From Lactobacillus sp. (GTDB lineage Bacteria > Bacillota > Bacilli > Lactobacillales > Lactobacillaceae): a stretch of 64,000 nucleotides of DNA. A program made the translations under genes and the position numbers. Each line of letters begins with the position of its first letter. Positions within the stretch are counted from its first letter, which is position 1. The notes under the pieces were generated by a model that made no database searches, was not told the origin of the DNA, and saw only the letters and a program-made list of their open reading frames with translations. The stretch is from contig JALCDX010000006.1 of the NCBI GenBank assembly GCA_022641965.1, forward strand, positions 2,231 to 66,230. The letters run 5' to 3'. Positions 31,666 through 43,921 of the stretch are shown here, piece after piece.

Positions 31666-32220
31666 GTGGGATTAGCTGATTTTGAAGGCGAAGATCGAAA
31701 TGAAATGTCAATGATCGAAGTGGCCCGGGCCATTTTGGAAGATCATGGCAAGCGCATGGCTTTTGCCGATATTGTCAATGCCGTCCAAAAGTTTTTAGGC
31801 AAGAGCGACGAAGAAATTCGTGAACGTCTGCCGCAATTCTATACTGACATTAATACGGATGGCGAATTTATTTCTTTGGGCGACAACGTTTGGGCCCTGC
31901 GTTCTTGGTTCCCATACGACTCAGTTGACGAAGAGGTCAACCACCCAGAAGACGAAGAAGATGAACCGCGCAAGGATCACCATAAGAAGGTTAATGCCTT
32001 CTTGGCCGATGTCAGCGCTGATGACATCATTGACTATGATTCAGATGACCCAGAAGACGAAGATTTGTCAGCTGATGATGAAGACGAAAACGATGATGAA
32101 GATGCTGACGACTTTGATGATGATGGCGAAGCCGACGATGAACCAGATGACATGCTGCCAGATGGCATTGAAGGTCAATTGTCAAAGATGAACGAAGAAG
32201 ACGAGGATGACGAAGATTAA
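31666..32220 (+). CDS. rpoE: RNA polymerase delta subunit
   Basis: SMIEVA, FYTDINTDGEFISLGDNVWALRSW, acidic tail. Confidence 0.93.
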   Translation: MGLADFEGEDRNEMSMIEVARAILEDHGKRMAFADIVNAVQKFLGKSDEEIRERLPQFYTDINTDGEFISLGDNVWALRSWFPYDSVDEEVNHPEDEEDEPRKDHHKKVNAFLADVSADDIIDYDSDDPEDEDLSADDEDENDDEDADDFDDDGEADDEPDDMLPDGIEGQLSKMNEEDEDDED

Positions 32221-32232
32221 TCGCCTTTCCTG

Positions 32233-32317
32233 TTGACGTGCGTCAGAAAACCCGCTAATATATTGCTTGGGCACACTGAGTGCGAATTACCAAGCTCCCT
32301 GCAAAGGGAGCTTTTTT
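32233..32317 (+). promoter_or_regulatory. pyrG promoter and reiterative-transcription attenuator
   Basis: TTGACG-17-TAATAT; transcript start GGGC at 32269; terminator AAGCTCCCT-GCAA-AGGGAGCTTTTTT containing GCUCCC. Confidence 0.85.
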
Positions 32318-32341
32318 GTTTTTGTAATTAAAGAGAATTAG

Positions 32342-33985
<1,644 letters not shown>

Positions 33986-34107
33986 TTAAATTTGTCGAGT
34001 TTGCAAGAGTCAGCAGCAAGTGCCGGCTCTTGTTTTTTAAGCTGATTTTTTATACCATTACTGGTGATACTTTTGATAATGCAAGTCGTAAAGAGGATTA
34101 TTCCCGA

Positions 34108-35409
34108 ATGAAGCAAATGATTATTCATGGTGGAAAACCCCTCAAGGGGGATGTCTGGATTGGTGGTGCAAAAAACTCCACTGTTTCCCTGATTCCAGCA
34201 TCAATATTGTCACGGACGCCGGTGATTTTAGAAGGCGTGCCCCGCATCTCTGATGTGGATAATTTGACTTACCTGCTGGAGTCGATGGACGTCACTTGCA
34301 ATTTTAAAAATACGACTTTAACGATTGACCCAACGCAAATTCAGATGAAGCCGCTGCCAGCTGGCAAAATCAAGAGTTTACGGGCTTCTTACTACTTCAT
34401 GGGGGCGCTGCTGGGCCGTTTTGGCAAGGCAGTAGTCGGCTTCCCGGGCGGCGATGATATTGGTCCGCGGCCGATTGACCAGCACCTCAAGGGCTTTGTG
34501 GCTTTAGGTGCGACGGTTGAAAATGAAGATGACCAAATCATCATTTCCGCGCCCAAAGATGGTTTGCACGGAGCGCATATTATTTTAGCGATGCCGTCAG
34601 TTGGGGCCACGATGAATATTATGATGGCTTCGGTGAAGGCCAAAGGTCAAACGGTAATTGCCAATGCTGCCAAAGAGCCGGAAATTATCGATTTGGCTAC
34701 TTTTTTAAACAATATGGGGGCCCATGTGCGCGGCGCCGGGACCGATACGATCAGAATTGATGGCGTTGAGCACTTGGCGGCTGAACACCCGCATACGATA
34801 ATCCCTGACCGCATTGAAGCTGGGACTTATGTGGCCCTGGCAGCCTGCATTGGCAACGGCATCGGTATTCATAATATTATTGCTGAACACCTGGACAGTT
34901 TTTTGGCAAAAATTGAGGAAATGGGCGTTGTTGTTGATACTGACGAAGACTCGCTGTATGTGTATCCAGCCGGCGACTTGAAGATGGTACAGGTCAGAAC
35001 TGAGCCGTATCCAGGTTTTGCAACTGACCTGCAGCAGCCAATTACGCCAGTCCTGCTGGCAGCTAAAACCGGCGAAGGCGTCATTATTGATGATATTTAT
35101 CCAAAACGCGTCCGCCATATTCCTGGCCTGCAAGCCATGGGAGCCAATATTAAAGTGGCGGATAATATTATCCTGGTTCACCCTAGTCCGCACCTGCATG
35201 GTGCCCGTGTCCGCGCTGATGAAATTCGCGCTGGGGCCTGCCTAATGATCGCTGGCCTGATGGCTAGCGGTACCACGAAAATTGATCAAGCTGACAATAT
35301 TCTGCGCGGCTATGACCGCATTGACATGAAATTACGCAAGCTGGGGGCAGAAATTACTTTTAAAAATGTGCCTGACCTGCGGAAAGCTGTAATGATAGAT
35401 TCGGAATAA
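34108..35409 (+). CDS. murA: UDP-N-acetylglucosamine 1-carboxyvinyltransferase
   Basis: [39 protein letters not shown]; ATG at 34108. Confidence 0.93.
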   Translation: MKQMIIHGGKPLKGDVWIGGAKNSTVSLIPASILSRTPVILEGVPRISDVDNLTYLLESMDVTCNFKNTTLTIDPTQIQMKPLPAGKIKSLRASYYFMGALLGRFGKAVVGFPGGDDIGPRPIDQHLKGFVALGATVENEDDQIIISAPKDGLHGAHIILAMPSVGATMNIMMASVKAKGQTVIANAAKEPEIIDLATFLNNMGAHVRGAGTDTIRIDGVEHLAAEHPHTIIPDRIEAGTYVALAACIGNGIGIHNIIAEHLDSFLAKIEEMGVVVDTDEDSLYVYPAGDLKMVQVRTEPYPGFATDLQQPITPVLLAAKTGEGVIIDDIYPKRVRHIPGLQAMGANIKVADNIILVHPSPHLHGARVRADEIRAGACLMIAGLMASGTTKIDQADNILRGYDRIDMKLRKLGAEITFKNVPDLRKAVMIDSE

Positions 35410-37145
35410 TGAAATTGTTAAAAACTTATTTGCATGGCTATGAAAAAGAAAGCATCCTTGCGCCGCTGTTTAAGCTGCTGGAGGCTTTTTTTGATTTATT
35501 AGTTCCCTTAGTAATTGCTCAAATTATTGACGTTGGCCTGAAGAACCGCAACCGGTCGCAAATTTGGGGCCAAATTGCAATTTTGCTGGTCCTGGCTGTG
35601 CTCGGCCTGGCGGCTTCGATTTCAGCCCAGTATTTTGCTGCCAAGGCCAGCGTCGGTTTTGCTACCAAGTTGCGGCAGGCTGCTTTTGATCATATTAAGG
35701 ACTTGTCTTACTCTGCTTTGGATGCGACCAGTCAAAGCACCTTGATTACGCGGCTGACTTCAGATATTAACCGGGTCCAGGATGGGCTGAATATGGCGCT
35801 GCGCCTGCTCTTGCGCAGTCCTTTTGTCGTCTTTGGCTCGATGGTGATGGCTTTTACGATCAACGTGAAGTCGGCTTTGATTTTTGTAGTGGCGATTCCA
35901 GTCTTATCCTTAGTCGTTTTCGGGATCATGCTGGTTTCTATTCCTCTGTTTAAAAAAGTACAGTTCAAACTGGACCGTATTACGCAGGCAACAACTGAAA
36001 ACTTGACGGGTGTGCGTGTCATTCGAGCATTTCGCAAGGAAAGCGATGAAGTCAAAGATTTTGACCAAAGGAACCAAGAACTGACTAACTTGAATTTATT
36101 CGTAGGCCGCTTGTCAGCAGCAATGAATCCGCTCACCTACGCTTTGATCAACTTGGCCACGATTGTCTTGATCTATCAAGGCGCTTTGCAGGTTAATTTT
36201 GGAACCATGCAGCAAGGGCAAGTGGTTGCCCTATACAACTATATGGCCCAGATGATCATTGAGCTGATCAAACTGGCTTCTTTGATTATTACGATTAACC
36301 AAGCGATTGCTTGCGGTCAGCGGGTGCAGCGCGTTTTGGCCATTCCTAGTCAGGCGCAAACGATTAGCCATGGCAAGCAAACTCAGCTAGCTGACAGCAG
36401 CGTAGAATTTGACCAAGTCAGCTTTACTTATGAACATGCCGGTGCTCCCTCTTTAAGCGATGTCTCCCTGACGGCTCGCCCGGGACAAACGATTGGCATT
36501 ATTGGCGGCACGGGCAGCGGAAAATCGACTTTGATTAATTTGATCCCGCGCTTTTATGATGTTAGCCAAGGGACGGTCAAAGTTGGCGGCTATTCAGTCA
36601 AAGATTATGCGCCAGGAGCATTAGTCAAAGCAATTGGCGTCGTGCCGCAAAAAGCGCAGCTCTTTGCGGGCAGCATCCGTGATAATTTGCAGCTAGGCAA
36701 TCCTGCTGCTACTGATGATGAATTATGGTCGGCTTTAAGCACTGCCCAGGCTAAAGATGTCGTGGAAGCCAAGCCAGGTCAGCTTGATTTTAAAATTGAA
36801 CAAGGCGGACGCAATTTGTCTGGCGGGCAAAAGCAGCGGCTAACGATTGCCAGGGCACTAGTCACCCACCCGCAGATTTTGCTGCTGGACGATAGCGCTA
36901 GTGCACTGGACTTTGCAACGGATGCTCATTTGCGCCAGGCCATTCATAATCTTAACGGCCAGCTGACGACCTTCATCGTCTCGCAGAGGGCAGCTTCAAT
37001 TATGCAGGCTGACCAGATTTTAGTCCTCAGCGACGGACAAGTGGCCGGTTTAGGCAGCCACGAAGAGCTGCTGGCTAATTGTCCTGTTTACCAAGAAATT
37101 TTCTACTCCCAATTTCCAGAAAAAAGAAAGCCGGTGCAAGCATAA
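35409..37145 (+). CDS. Heterodimeric ABC exporter subunit A (degenerate site)
   Basis: TMD plus NBD; GGTGSGKS, LSGGQKQR, LLDDSAS (non-canonical Walker B), SQR switch. Confidence 0.9.
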   Translation: MKLLKTYLHGYEKESILAPLFKLLEAFFDLLVPLVIAQIIDVGLKNRNRSQIWGQIAILLVLAVLGLAASISAQYFAAKASVGFATKLRQAAFDHIKDLSYSALDATSQSTLITRLTSDINRVQDGLNMALRLLLRSPFVVFGSMVMAFTINVKSALIFVVAIPVLSLVVFGIMLVSIPLFKKVQFKLDRITQATTENLTGVRVIRAFRKESDEVKDFDQRNQELTNLNLFVGRLSAAMNPLTYALINLATIVLIYQGALQVNFGTMQQGQVVALYNYMAQMIIELIKLASLIITINQAIACGQRVQRVLAIPSQAQTISHGKQTQLADSSVEFDQVSFTYEHAGAPSLSDVSLTARPGQTIGIIGGTGSGKSTLINLIPRFYDVSQGTVKVGGYSVKDYAPGALVKAIGVVPQKAQLFAGSIRDNLQLGNPAATDDELWSALSTAQAKDVVEAKPGQLDFKIEQGGRNLSGGQKQRLTIARALVTHPQILLLDDSASALDFATDAHLRQAIHNLNGQLTTFIVSQRAASIMQADQILVLSDGQVAGLGSHEELLANCPVYQEIFYSQFPEKRKPVQA

Positions 37146-38962
37146 TGGCAGCAAAAAAAGTCAATCGAGTGGAAATGGCTGCTGATCGCATGTCTTCAGG
37201 CGAGGCTATGAAAAAAGTGCTGCGCGTGATTGGCGGCTACCGGATTTTGCTGGTCTTCAGCATTGTACTGGCTGCAATTTCAGTGATTTTGCAGCTGTAT
37301 GTGCCAATTCTGTTTGGCCGGGCAATTGACGGCATCGTTGCCAAAGGCCGTGTCGACTTTAGTCTGGTCAGCGGTTATTTACGGCAAATTCTGCTGTGGG
37401 TTTTGATTGCAGCGGCGGCTACTTGGGTCATGAACCTGATTAACAACCGGCTGACTTATCAAATCATCCGTGACATCCGGGTGCGAGCTATTCGGCAGCT
37501 GCAAGTTTTGCCCCTGTCATATTTAGATGCCCACTCCGCTGGCGACATCGTCTCACGGATTATTGCCGATACAGATCAGCTGTCAGACGGATTGCTGCTT
37601 GGCTTTAGCCAGCTGTTTTCCGGGGTGCTGACCATTTTGGCAACCTTGGTGTTCATGTTTTCGATTAACTGGTGGATTTCGCTGATTGTGGTCTTGCTGA
37701 CGCCAGTCTCATTTGGGGTTGCTCGCTTTATTGCCCAGCACTCTTATAAAATGTTTCACCATCAAACCGAAACTCGCGGCGAACAAACAGCTCTGATTGA
37801 AGAAATGATTGGCGGGCAAAAGCTGGTTCAAGCTTTTGGCTACCAGCAACGGGCTAGCCGGCGTTTTAGCAAATTGAACAAGCAGCTGCAGTACTACTCA
37901 CAGAATGCTATTTTCTACTCTAGCATTACCAATCCATCGACGCGGTTTGTCAACGCGGTTATTTACGCCATTGTGGCACTAGCTGGCAGCTTTGCCATTC
38001 TTAGCGGCAGCTTAACCGTCGGCGGCTTGAGCGTGCTGTTGAATTATTCCAACCAGTACATGAAACCGTTCAATGATATTTCCTCGGTAATAACTGAGCT
38101 GCAGAATGCTTTGGCCTGTGCGGCCCGGATTTTTGCTTTGATTGAAGAAAAACCAGAACCAGCTGCAGTGACGGTTCCAGCTTTTAAGAACGAATCACAA
38201 ATGCAGCAGACTTTGCCAGCCATGCCAGCGGCTAGCGGGGCAGTCGAATTAAGCCATATTGATTTTTCCTATGTGCCTGAACAGAAGCTGATTCAAGATT
38301 TTAATTTAAAAGCCAAACCGGGCATGCGGGTCGCACTAGTGGGCCCAACTGGCTGCGGCAAAACAACCACGATTAACCTGCTGATGCGCTTTTATGACCC
38401 GCAAGCAGGGAAAATAACAGTTGATGGCCGCAGCATTTATGAGGTCACCCGTCATTCTTTGCGGGCCAACTATGGCATGGTGCTCCAAGATACTTGGATT
38501 AAAACTGGCACTGTTCGGGAAAACGTAGCTTTTGGCAAACCGACAGCTAGTGATGATGAAATTATCGCTGCCTGCAAGGAAGCTCGGTCGTGGTCCTTTA
38601 TTAAGCGCCTGCCGCAAGGCCTGGACACCGTTTTGACTAATGATTCGCTTAGCCAGGGCCAGCGGCAGCTGCTCTGCATTACCCGCGTCATGCTGGCTTT
38701 GCCGCCAATGCTGATCCTTGATGAAGCAACTTCCAGCATTGATACGCGGACGGAATTGCTCGTGCAAGCAGCTTTTGATAAATTAATGCAAGGGCGGACC
38801 AGCTTCGTTGTTGCCCACCGTTTGTCGACGATTCGCCAAGCCGATCTGATTTTGGTGATGAAAGATGGCAAAATCATCGAGCGCGGGACACATGCAGAAC
38901 TGATGGCGCAGGGCGGTTTTTACACCAATTTGTACAACAGTCAGTTTGCCCATTTGGCTTAA
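37145..38962 (+). CDS. Heterodimeric ABC exporter subunit B
   Basis: GPTGCGKT, LSQGQRQL, ILDEATS, AHRLST; TAATG coupling. Confidence 0.9.
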   Translation: MAAKKVNRVEMAADRMSSGEAMKKVLRVIGGYRILLVFSIVLAAISVILQLYVPILFGRAIDGIVAKGRVDFSLVSGYLRQILLWVLIAAAATWVMNLINNRLTYQIIRDIRVRAIRQLQVLPLSYLDAHSAGDIVSRIIADTDQLSDGLLLGFSQLFSGVLTILATLVFMFSINWWISLIVVLLTPVSFGVARFIAQHSYKMFHHQTETRGEQTALIEEMIGGQKLVQAFGYQQRASRRFSKLNKQLQYYSQNAIFYSSITNPSTRFVNAVIYAIVALAGSFAILSGSLTVGGLSVLLNYSNQYMKPFNDISSVITELQNALACAARIFALIEEKPEPAAVTVPAFKNESQMQQTLPAMPAASGAVELSHIDFSYVPEQKLIQDFNLKAKPGMRVALVGPTGCGKTTTINLLMRFYDPQAGKITVDGRSIYEVTRHSLRANYGMVLQDTWIKTGTVRENVAFGKPTASDDEIIAACKEARSWSFIKRLPQGLDTVLTNDSLSQGQRQLLCITRVMLALPPMLILDEATSSIDTRTELLVQAAFDKLMQGRTSFVVAHRLSTIRQADLILVMKDGKIIERGTHAELMAQGGFYTNLYNSQFAHLA

Positions 38963-39064
38963 AAGCAAGCTTGAATTTACGGCTGAGAGATGCTAAACTG
39001 ATTAGGTCAATTATGAGATTAATCTATGGTCTGCGAGATTGACCATGGCAAAGGAGCGTTAACA

Positions 39065-39313
39065 ATGAAACAAGGTATTCATCCAAAATATCAACAAGTT
39101 GTCTTCATGGACTCAGCCACTGGTGCTAAGTTCTTAGCAGGCTCAACCGTTGACTCAAAGGAAACTATCGACTATGAAGGCAAAACTTACCCATTAATCA
39201 GAGTTGAAGTTTCTTCAGATTCTCACCCATTCTACACTGGCAAGCAAAAGTTTGCACAAGCAGATGGCCGGATCGAAAAGTTCAACAAGAAGTACGGCTT
39301 GAACAACAAATAA
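39065..39313 (+). CDS. rpmE2: 50S ribosomal protein L31 type B
   Basis: MKQGIHPKY...[12 protein letters not shown], no Zn-binding Cys; upstream hairpin ATGGTC...GACCAT may be an L31 leader. Confidence 0.95.
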   Translation: MKQGIHPKYQQVVFMDSATGAKFLAGSTVDSKETIDYEGKTYPLIRVEVSSDSHPFYTGKQKFAQADGRIEKFNKKYGLNNK

Positions 39314-39417
39314 GACAATTAATCAAGGGGGCAGCTCCGCGCGGGCTGCTTTTTTTGCTTTAAAGCTGAGAGGTTAATTCAGTATAATACCCTTATTAAC
39401 TTTTTGAAGTTAGGAGT

Positions 39418-40815
39418 ATGAATGATATGAAAATGCAATTGGCAGAAATTGCCAAAGCCGTTGGATCAGTGCCTGAGCACGATGAACGGCAAGCAGTTAT
39501 TACTTCAGTTTCGTTTGATACGCGTTCGATTCAACCAGGTGCCCTGTTTATTCCGCTGTCAGGAGCGCGCGACGGGCATGATTTTATTGACTCGGCAATC
39601 GCAAACGGCGCCAGTGCTGCTTTTTGGCAAAAGGGCCACCCGGGTGCACCAACTGATTTTCCGTTGGTGGAAGTTGACGACCCGCTAACTGCTTTTCAAG
39701 ATTTGGCTAAGCACTACTTAAACAAGGTCAATCCGACCGTGGTCAGCATCACCGGCTCTAACGGCAAGACTACGACCAAAGACATGATTGCGGCTGTTTT
39801 GTCAAAGGGCTACAACGTTTATAAGACTCAGCAGAATTTCAACAACCTAATTGGCGTGCCATATACGATTCTATCCATGAAACCGTCGACTGAGGTGCTG
39901 GTTTTGGAAATGGGGATGGACCGGCCTGGTCAGCTGCATCATTTAAGCGAATTAGTCCGCCCGGACGTGTGCGTCATTACCATGATTGGGGAAGCTCATA
40001 TTGAATTCTTCGGCACGCGGGATAAAATTGCTGATGCCAAAATGGAGATCACGGATTTCCTGCGTGAAGATGGCGAGTTCATCTTTAACGGTGATGAACC
40101 ACTGCTGCGTGCTCGTGCTAAAAAATTAGTGCAAAGACAGCGCACTTTCGGGTTTGAAGATGATGACACCATTTATTGCACTGGTTTTAGCTCATACAAG
40201 CATCACGCTTCATTCTTTATCAATGGCAGCAAGCGCAAATTCCGCATTCCGATGATCGGCAAGCACAATGTGTCTAATGCGATGGCAGCTATCAATGTCG
40301 GCCGGCATTTCAATGTGCCTGATGAACAAATTGCGGCAGCGCTGGCCCACTTTAAGCCAACGGCTAACCGGATGGAATGGGTTAAAGGCACTTTAGGCGA
40401 AGACATTATGGACGACGTCTACAACTCTAACCCAACAGCGGCTAAAGCTGTTTTGACCAGTTTTGCCAATGTGCGCACGACCCATGGCGGCAAGCGCATT
40501 GCAGTGCTAGGCGATATGCTGGAATTGGGGGAAGAGTCACCACAGCTGCACGCAAGTTTGGCCTCGTCCCTTGATCCAGACGTCATCAGCGATGTTTATT
40601 TGTATGGTCCAGACATGCACTATTTGTATGATGCGATCAAGAGCAAATACGGCCAGCATGTTCATTACTACGAAACTGCTGAACAAGCACAAATGACAGC
40701 GGATTTAAAGACGATTATCAAGCCACATGATTTAGTCATGCTGAAAGGGTCGCACGGGATGCACTTAGAAAAAGTGCTGGTCCAATTACAGCAGGAGGGC
40801 AAGCGTGAAGTTTAG
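39418..40815 (+). CDS. murF: UDP-MurNAc-tripeptide--D-Ala-D-Ala ligase
   Basis: DGHDF, ITGSNGKTTTKD, LEMGM, DVYNSNP, LGDMLELG, LKGSHG. Confidence 0.94.
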   Translation: MNDMKMQLAEIAKAVGSVPEHDERQAVITSVSFDTRSIQPGALFIPLSGARDGHDFIDSAIANGASAAFWQKGHPGAPTDFPLVEVDDPLTAFQDLAKHYLNKVNPTVVSITGSNGKTTTKDMIAAVLSKGYNVYKTQQNFNNLIGVPYTILSMKPSTEVLVLEMGMDRPGQLHHLSELVRPDVCVITMIGEAHIEFFGTRDKIADAKMEITDFLREDGEFIFNGDEPLLRARAKKLVQRQRTFGFEDDDTIYCTGFSSYKHHASFFINGSKRKFRIPMIGKHNVSNAMAAINVGRHFNVPDEQIAAALAHFKPTANRMEWVKGTLGEDIMDDVYNSNPTAAKAVLTSFANVRTTHGGKRIAVLGDMLELGEESPQLHASLASSLDPDVISDVYLYGPDMHYLYDAIKSKYGQHVHYYETAEQAQMTADLKTIIKPHDLVMLKGSHGMHLEKVLVQLQQEGKREV

Positions 40816-40884
40816 CGATTTAGAGTTAAAACCTATTACAGCAGGAGGGCAAGCGTGAAGTTTAGCGATTTAGAGTTAAAACCT
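40785..40884 (+). repeat. Exact 50-bp tandem duplication covering the cshA RBS, start and first 10 codons
   Basis: ATTACAGCAGGAGGGCAAGCGTGAAGTTTAGCGATTTAGAGTTAAAACCT twice (40785-40834, 40835-40884). Confidence 0.95.
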
Positions 40885-42279
40885 AGCCTGCTCAAGGCCA
40901 TCAGACGGGCCGGCTTCGAAGAAGCAACACCAATTCAAGCTCAGACCATGCCACTGATTCTGCAAGGCCGCGATGTAATTGGTCAGGCGCAGACTGGCAC
41001 AGGCAAAACCGCTGCCTTTGGCCTGCCAATTTTGCAAGCTCTGCCCCCGCGGGCTAGCAAGCTGCAAGCTTTAATTATTGAACCAACTCGGGAGCTCGCC
41101 TTGCAAACGCGAGAAGAGCTCTTTCGTTTGGGCCGCGATGAGCATGCTCATGTGCAAGTTGTGTATGGCGGCACTCCTATCAGCCGGCAAATTAAGGCCT
41201 TAAAGCACAATCCAACCGTGCTAGTGGGTACGCCAGGCAGAATTTTGGACCACTTGCAGCGCCGGACAGTTAAGCTAACCGACGTGCAGCAAGTAGTATT
41301 AGATGAAGCCGACGAAATGCTGGACATGGGCTTTATCCAAGATATTGAAAAAATCTTGTCCTACGTCAAGCAGCCTCACCAAACGCTGCTCTTCTCAGCT
41401 ACTATGCCGCAGGCTGTCATGAAGCTGGGCGAAAAGTTCATGAACCATCCTGACGTCATCAAGATTCAGGCGAAGCATTTAACGACTGATTTAATCGATC
41501 AATACTTCGTGCGAGCTAAGGATTACGAAAAATTTGAAATTTTGTGCCGGCTGTTTGACGTGCAAGCACCAGATCTAGCTTTAGTGTTTGTCCGCACTAA
41601 AAAACGGGTGGATGAATTAACGCATGGATTGCAAGCTCGCGGCTATAATGCGGCTGGCATTCATGGCGATTTAAGCCAAAGCCGGCGGGAAATGGTTTTG
41701 AAGCGTTTCCGCCAGGGCAAGATCGACTTTTTGGTAGCAACGGATGTGGCCGCCCGTGGTCTGGATATTTCTGGCGTGACGCACGTCTACAATTTCGACA
41801 TGCCACAGGATCCTGATTCTTACGTGCACCGGATTGGACGAACTGGCCGGGCAGGACAAAATGGCATTTCTGTGACTTTTGTCACGCCTGATGAAATTGG
41901 CTACTTGCGGACGATCGAGCAGCTGACCAAAACTAAAATGCAGCCCTTGCGGCTGCCATCTGACCGGCAAGCTTTGCAAGGACAGCTGGCAGCTTCTCGC
42001 AAACAAATCGAAGACTTGCTGGCTAGCGATTTGTCGAAGTATACGCAAGCGGCTAACAACTTGCTGGATGAATATTCAGCTGTCGATTTAGTTTCGGCGC
42101 TGCTCAAGGACTTGACCAAAGATCCAAGCACGGTCAAGGTGACCATCAGTCCTGAAAAGCCGCTGCCGTATAAGCCGAAACGCCCGCACAAGCACCAGCG
42201 ACGCGACAATCATCGGCGACCGCGGCGCAATAACCGGCAGCGTCCGCATAAGCAGCGAGGCAGGCGCAAACATAAATGA
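40855..42279 (+). CDS. cshA: DEAD-box RNA helicase CshA
   Basis: [29 protein letters not shown], basic tail. Confidence 0.93.
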   Translation: MKFSDLELKPSLLKAIRRAGFEEATPIQAQTMPLILQGRDVIGQAQTGTGKTAAFGLPILQALPPRASKLQALIIEPTRELALQTREELFRLGRDEHAHVQVVYGGTPISRQIKALKHNPTVLVGTPGRILDHLQRRTVKLTDVQQVVLDEADEMLDMGFIQDIEKILSYVKQPHQTLLFSATMPQAVMKLGEKFMNHPDVIKIQAKHLTTDLIDQYFVRAKDYEKFEILCRLFDVQAPDLALVFVRTKKRVDELTHGLQARGYNAAGIHGDLSQSRREMVLKRFRQGKIDFLVATDVAARGLDISGVTHVYNFDMPQDPDSYVHRIGRTGRAGQNGISVTFVTPDEIGYLRTIEQLTKTKMQPLRLPSDRQALQGQLAASRKQIEDLLASDLSKYTQAANNLLDEYSAVDLVSALLKDLTKDPSTVKVTISPEKPLPYKPKRPHKHQRRDNHRRPRRNNRQRPHKQRGRRKHK

Positions 42280-42677
42280 GAAAAGTAAGAAGCGGCATTG
42301 GCATTGATATCGTGTACCTGCCGCGGATTGTTAAAATTATTGCCAAAGGCGATCGTTTCGCCAAACGGGTACTCACGCCAGCTGAATTTGCCAAATATCA
42401 AACTTTGCATGGCAAGGCGCAGGTGCAATATTTGGCTGGGCATTTTTCGGTGAAAGAGTCTTTTTCAAAAGCGATGGGGACCGGTTTAGGAAAATACGTT
42501 GGTTTTCAAGACGTTGAAACTTTGTCTGACCCCTTAGGCAAGCCTGTGACCACTTCCACCAAATTCTCAGGCAGGATTTTGACGAGTATTTCTGATGACG
42601 GCGACTATGCCATCACCATTGTAAAATTGGAGGCAAAAGGATGGTTCCAGCGATTCATCGACCGGCTCAAGTTGTAG
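42276..42677 (+). CDS. acpS: Holo-ACP synthase
   Basis: [21 protein letters not shown]. Confidence 0.9.
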   Translation: MRKVRSGIGIDIVYLPRIVKIIAKGDRFAKRVLTPAEFAKYQTLHGKAQVQYLAGHFSVKESFSKAMGTGLGKYVGFQDVETLSDPLGKPVTTSTKFSGRILTSISDDGDYAITIVKLEAKGWFQRFIDRLKL

Positions 42678-43768
42678 TCGATTTGGGAGCAATTAAACAT
42701 AATGTCACAGCGGAAATGCAGCATTTGCCGCAAGGCACGCAGATGTGGGCGGTCGTTAAAGCTAATGGCTATGGCCATGGCGCAGTGCAAGTTGCTAAAA
42801 CTGCCTTAGCAGCTGGCGCGACCGGTTTGTGCGTGGCAGTGCTTGATGAAGCTATTCAGCTCCGCAATGCTGATATTACCGTCCCAATTTTGGTGCTTGG
42901 CATTGCGCCCGCTAAAGAAGCAGCTTTAGCTAGCAGCTTTGATATTTCGCTTACGGCCGGCAGCTTGGCTTGGCTGCAAGCAGCTGACCAAGTTTTGCAT
43001 GCTGCAGGCAAGCAGCTGAAGATTCATTTGGGAATTGACTCGGGCATGGGCCGGATTGGTTTTTCAGAGGATGAAGAATTTGTTGCTGCCAACCATTTGC
43101 TTGAGGACAATAAGCATTTCTTTGTTGAAGGGATGTTTACTCACTTTTCAACGGCCGACAGCAGCGACGATGTCTACTTCAACTACCAAGTTAAGCGCTT
43201 CAAGCACATGCAGAACTTGCTGACCATCAAGCCGAAATACATTCATTTGGACAATACCGCCGCCAGCATTTTTGGCAAGGATGTTAAAACTGACTTGGTA
43301 AGATTTGGCATCGGCATTTATGGCCTAAATCCATCGGCTAATCCAGCTAGTCCAAGCTTGCCGGCAGAGATTGATTTGAAACCGGCTTTATCGCTGGTAT
43401 CTGAATTAAGCTTTGTTAAGCAGATTCACCCAGGCTACGGCGTTGGCTATGGTGCCACTTATCAAGCTGATTCTGATCAGTGGATTGGCACAGTCCCGGT
43501 TGGCTATGCTGATGGCTGGCAGCGTTCTCTGCAAGGCTTTAAAGTTAAAATTGGGGACACCTACTGCCCAATTGTTGGCCGCATTTGCATGGATCAATTT
43601 ATGGTTCGCTTGCCTAAGGAAATGCCAGTTGGCACAAAAGTTGAACTGATTTCAGCTGATCCAACTGCTCCGAATAATATTAAGGCTGTTGCTGACAAAG
43701 TCGGGACCATTCATTATGAAATCACCTGTTTGCTGTCTGATCGCTTGCCGCGCGTTTACCATGCATAA
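42641..43768 (+). CDS. alr: Alanine racemase
   Basis: [36 protein letters not shown]. Confidence 0.95.
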   Translation: MVPAIHRPAQVVVDLGAIKHNVTAEMQHLPQGTQMWAVVKANGYGHGAVQVAKTALAAGATGLCVAVLDEAIQLRNADITVPILVLGIAPAKEAALASSFDISLTAGSLAWLQAADQVLHAAGKQLKIHLGIDSGMGRIGFSEDEEFVAANHLLEDNKHFFVEGMFTHFSTADSSDDVYFNYQVKRFKHMQNLLTIKPKYIHLDNTAASIFGKDVKTDLVRFGIGIYGLNPSANPASPSLPAEIDLKPALSLVSELSFVKQIHPGYGVGYGATYQADSDQWIGTVPVGYADGWQRSLQGFKVKIGDTYCPIVGRICMDQFMVRLPKEMPVGTKVELISADPTAPNNIKAVADKVGTIHYEITCLLSDRLPRVYHA

Positions 43769-43792
43769 GCAGTTAGATTTTCAAATTTAAAC

Positions 43793-43827
43793 AAAAGCTA
43801 GTGAAAACAACTTCACTAGCTTTTTTT
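43793..43827 (+). terminator. Intrinsic terminator after alr
   Basis: AAAAGCTAGTGAA-loop-TTCACTAGCTTTTTTT. Confidence 0.85.
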
Positions 43828-43921
43828 AGATTCGGCAGCAATTGACATTTAATGAGAATTAAATTAAAATTCGATTAATATTTCATCTAGTCAATTGAAG
43901 GTCTATCAAGGGATGATTCCG

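Noticed and set aside
31950-32220. GAT/GAC/GAA low-complexity repeats
   Set aside because: This is the normal acidic tail of the RNA polymerase delta subunit.
32233-32317. pyrG leader as a novel riboswitch
   Set aside because: Fully explained by the known GGGC reiterative-transcription attenuator.
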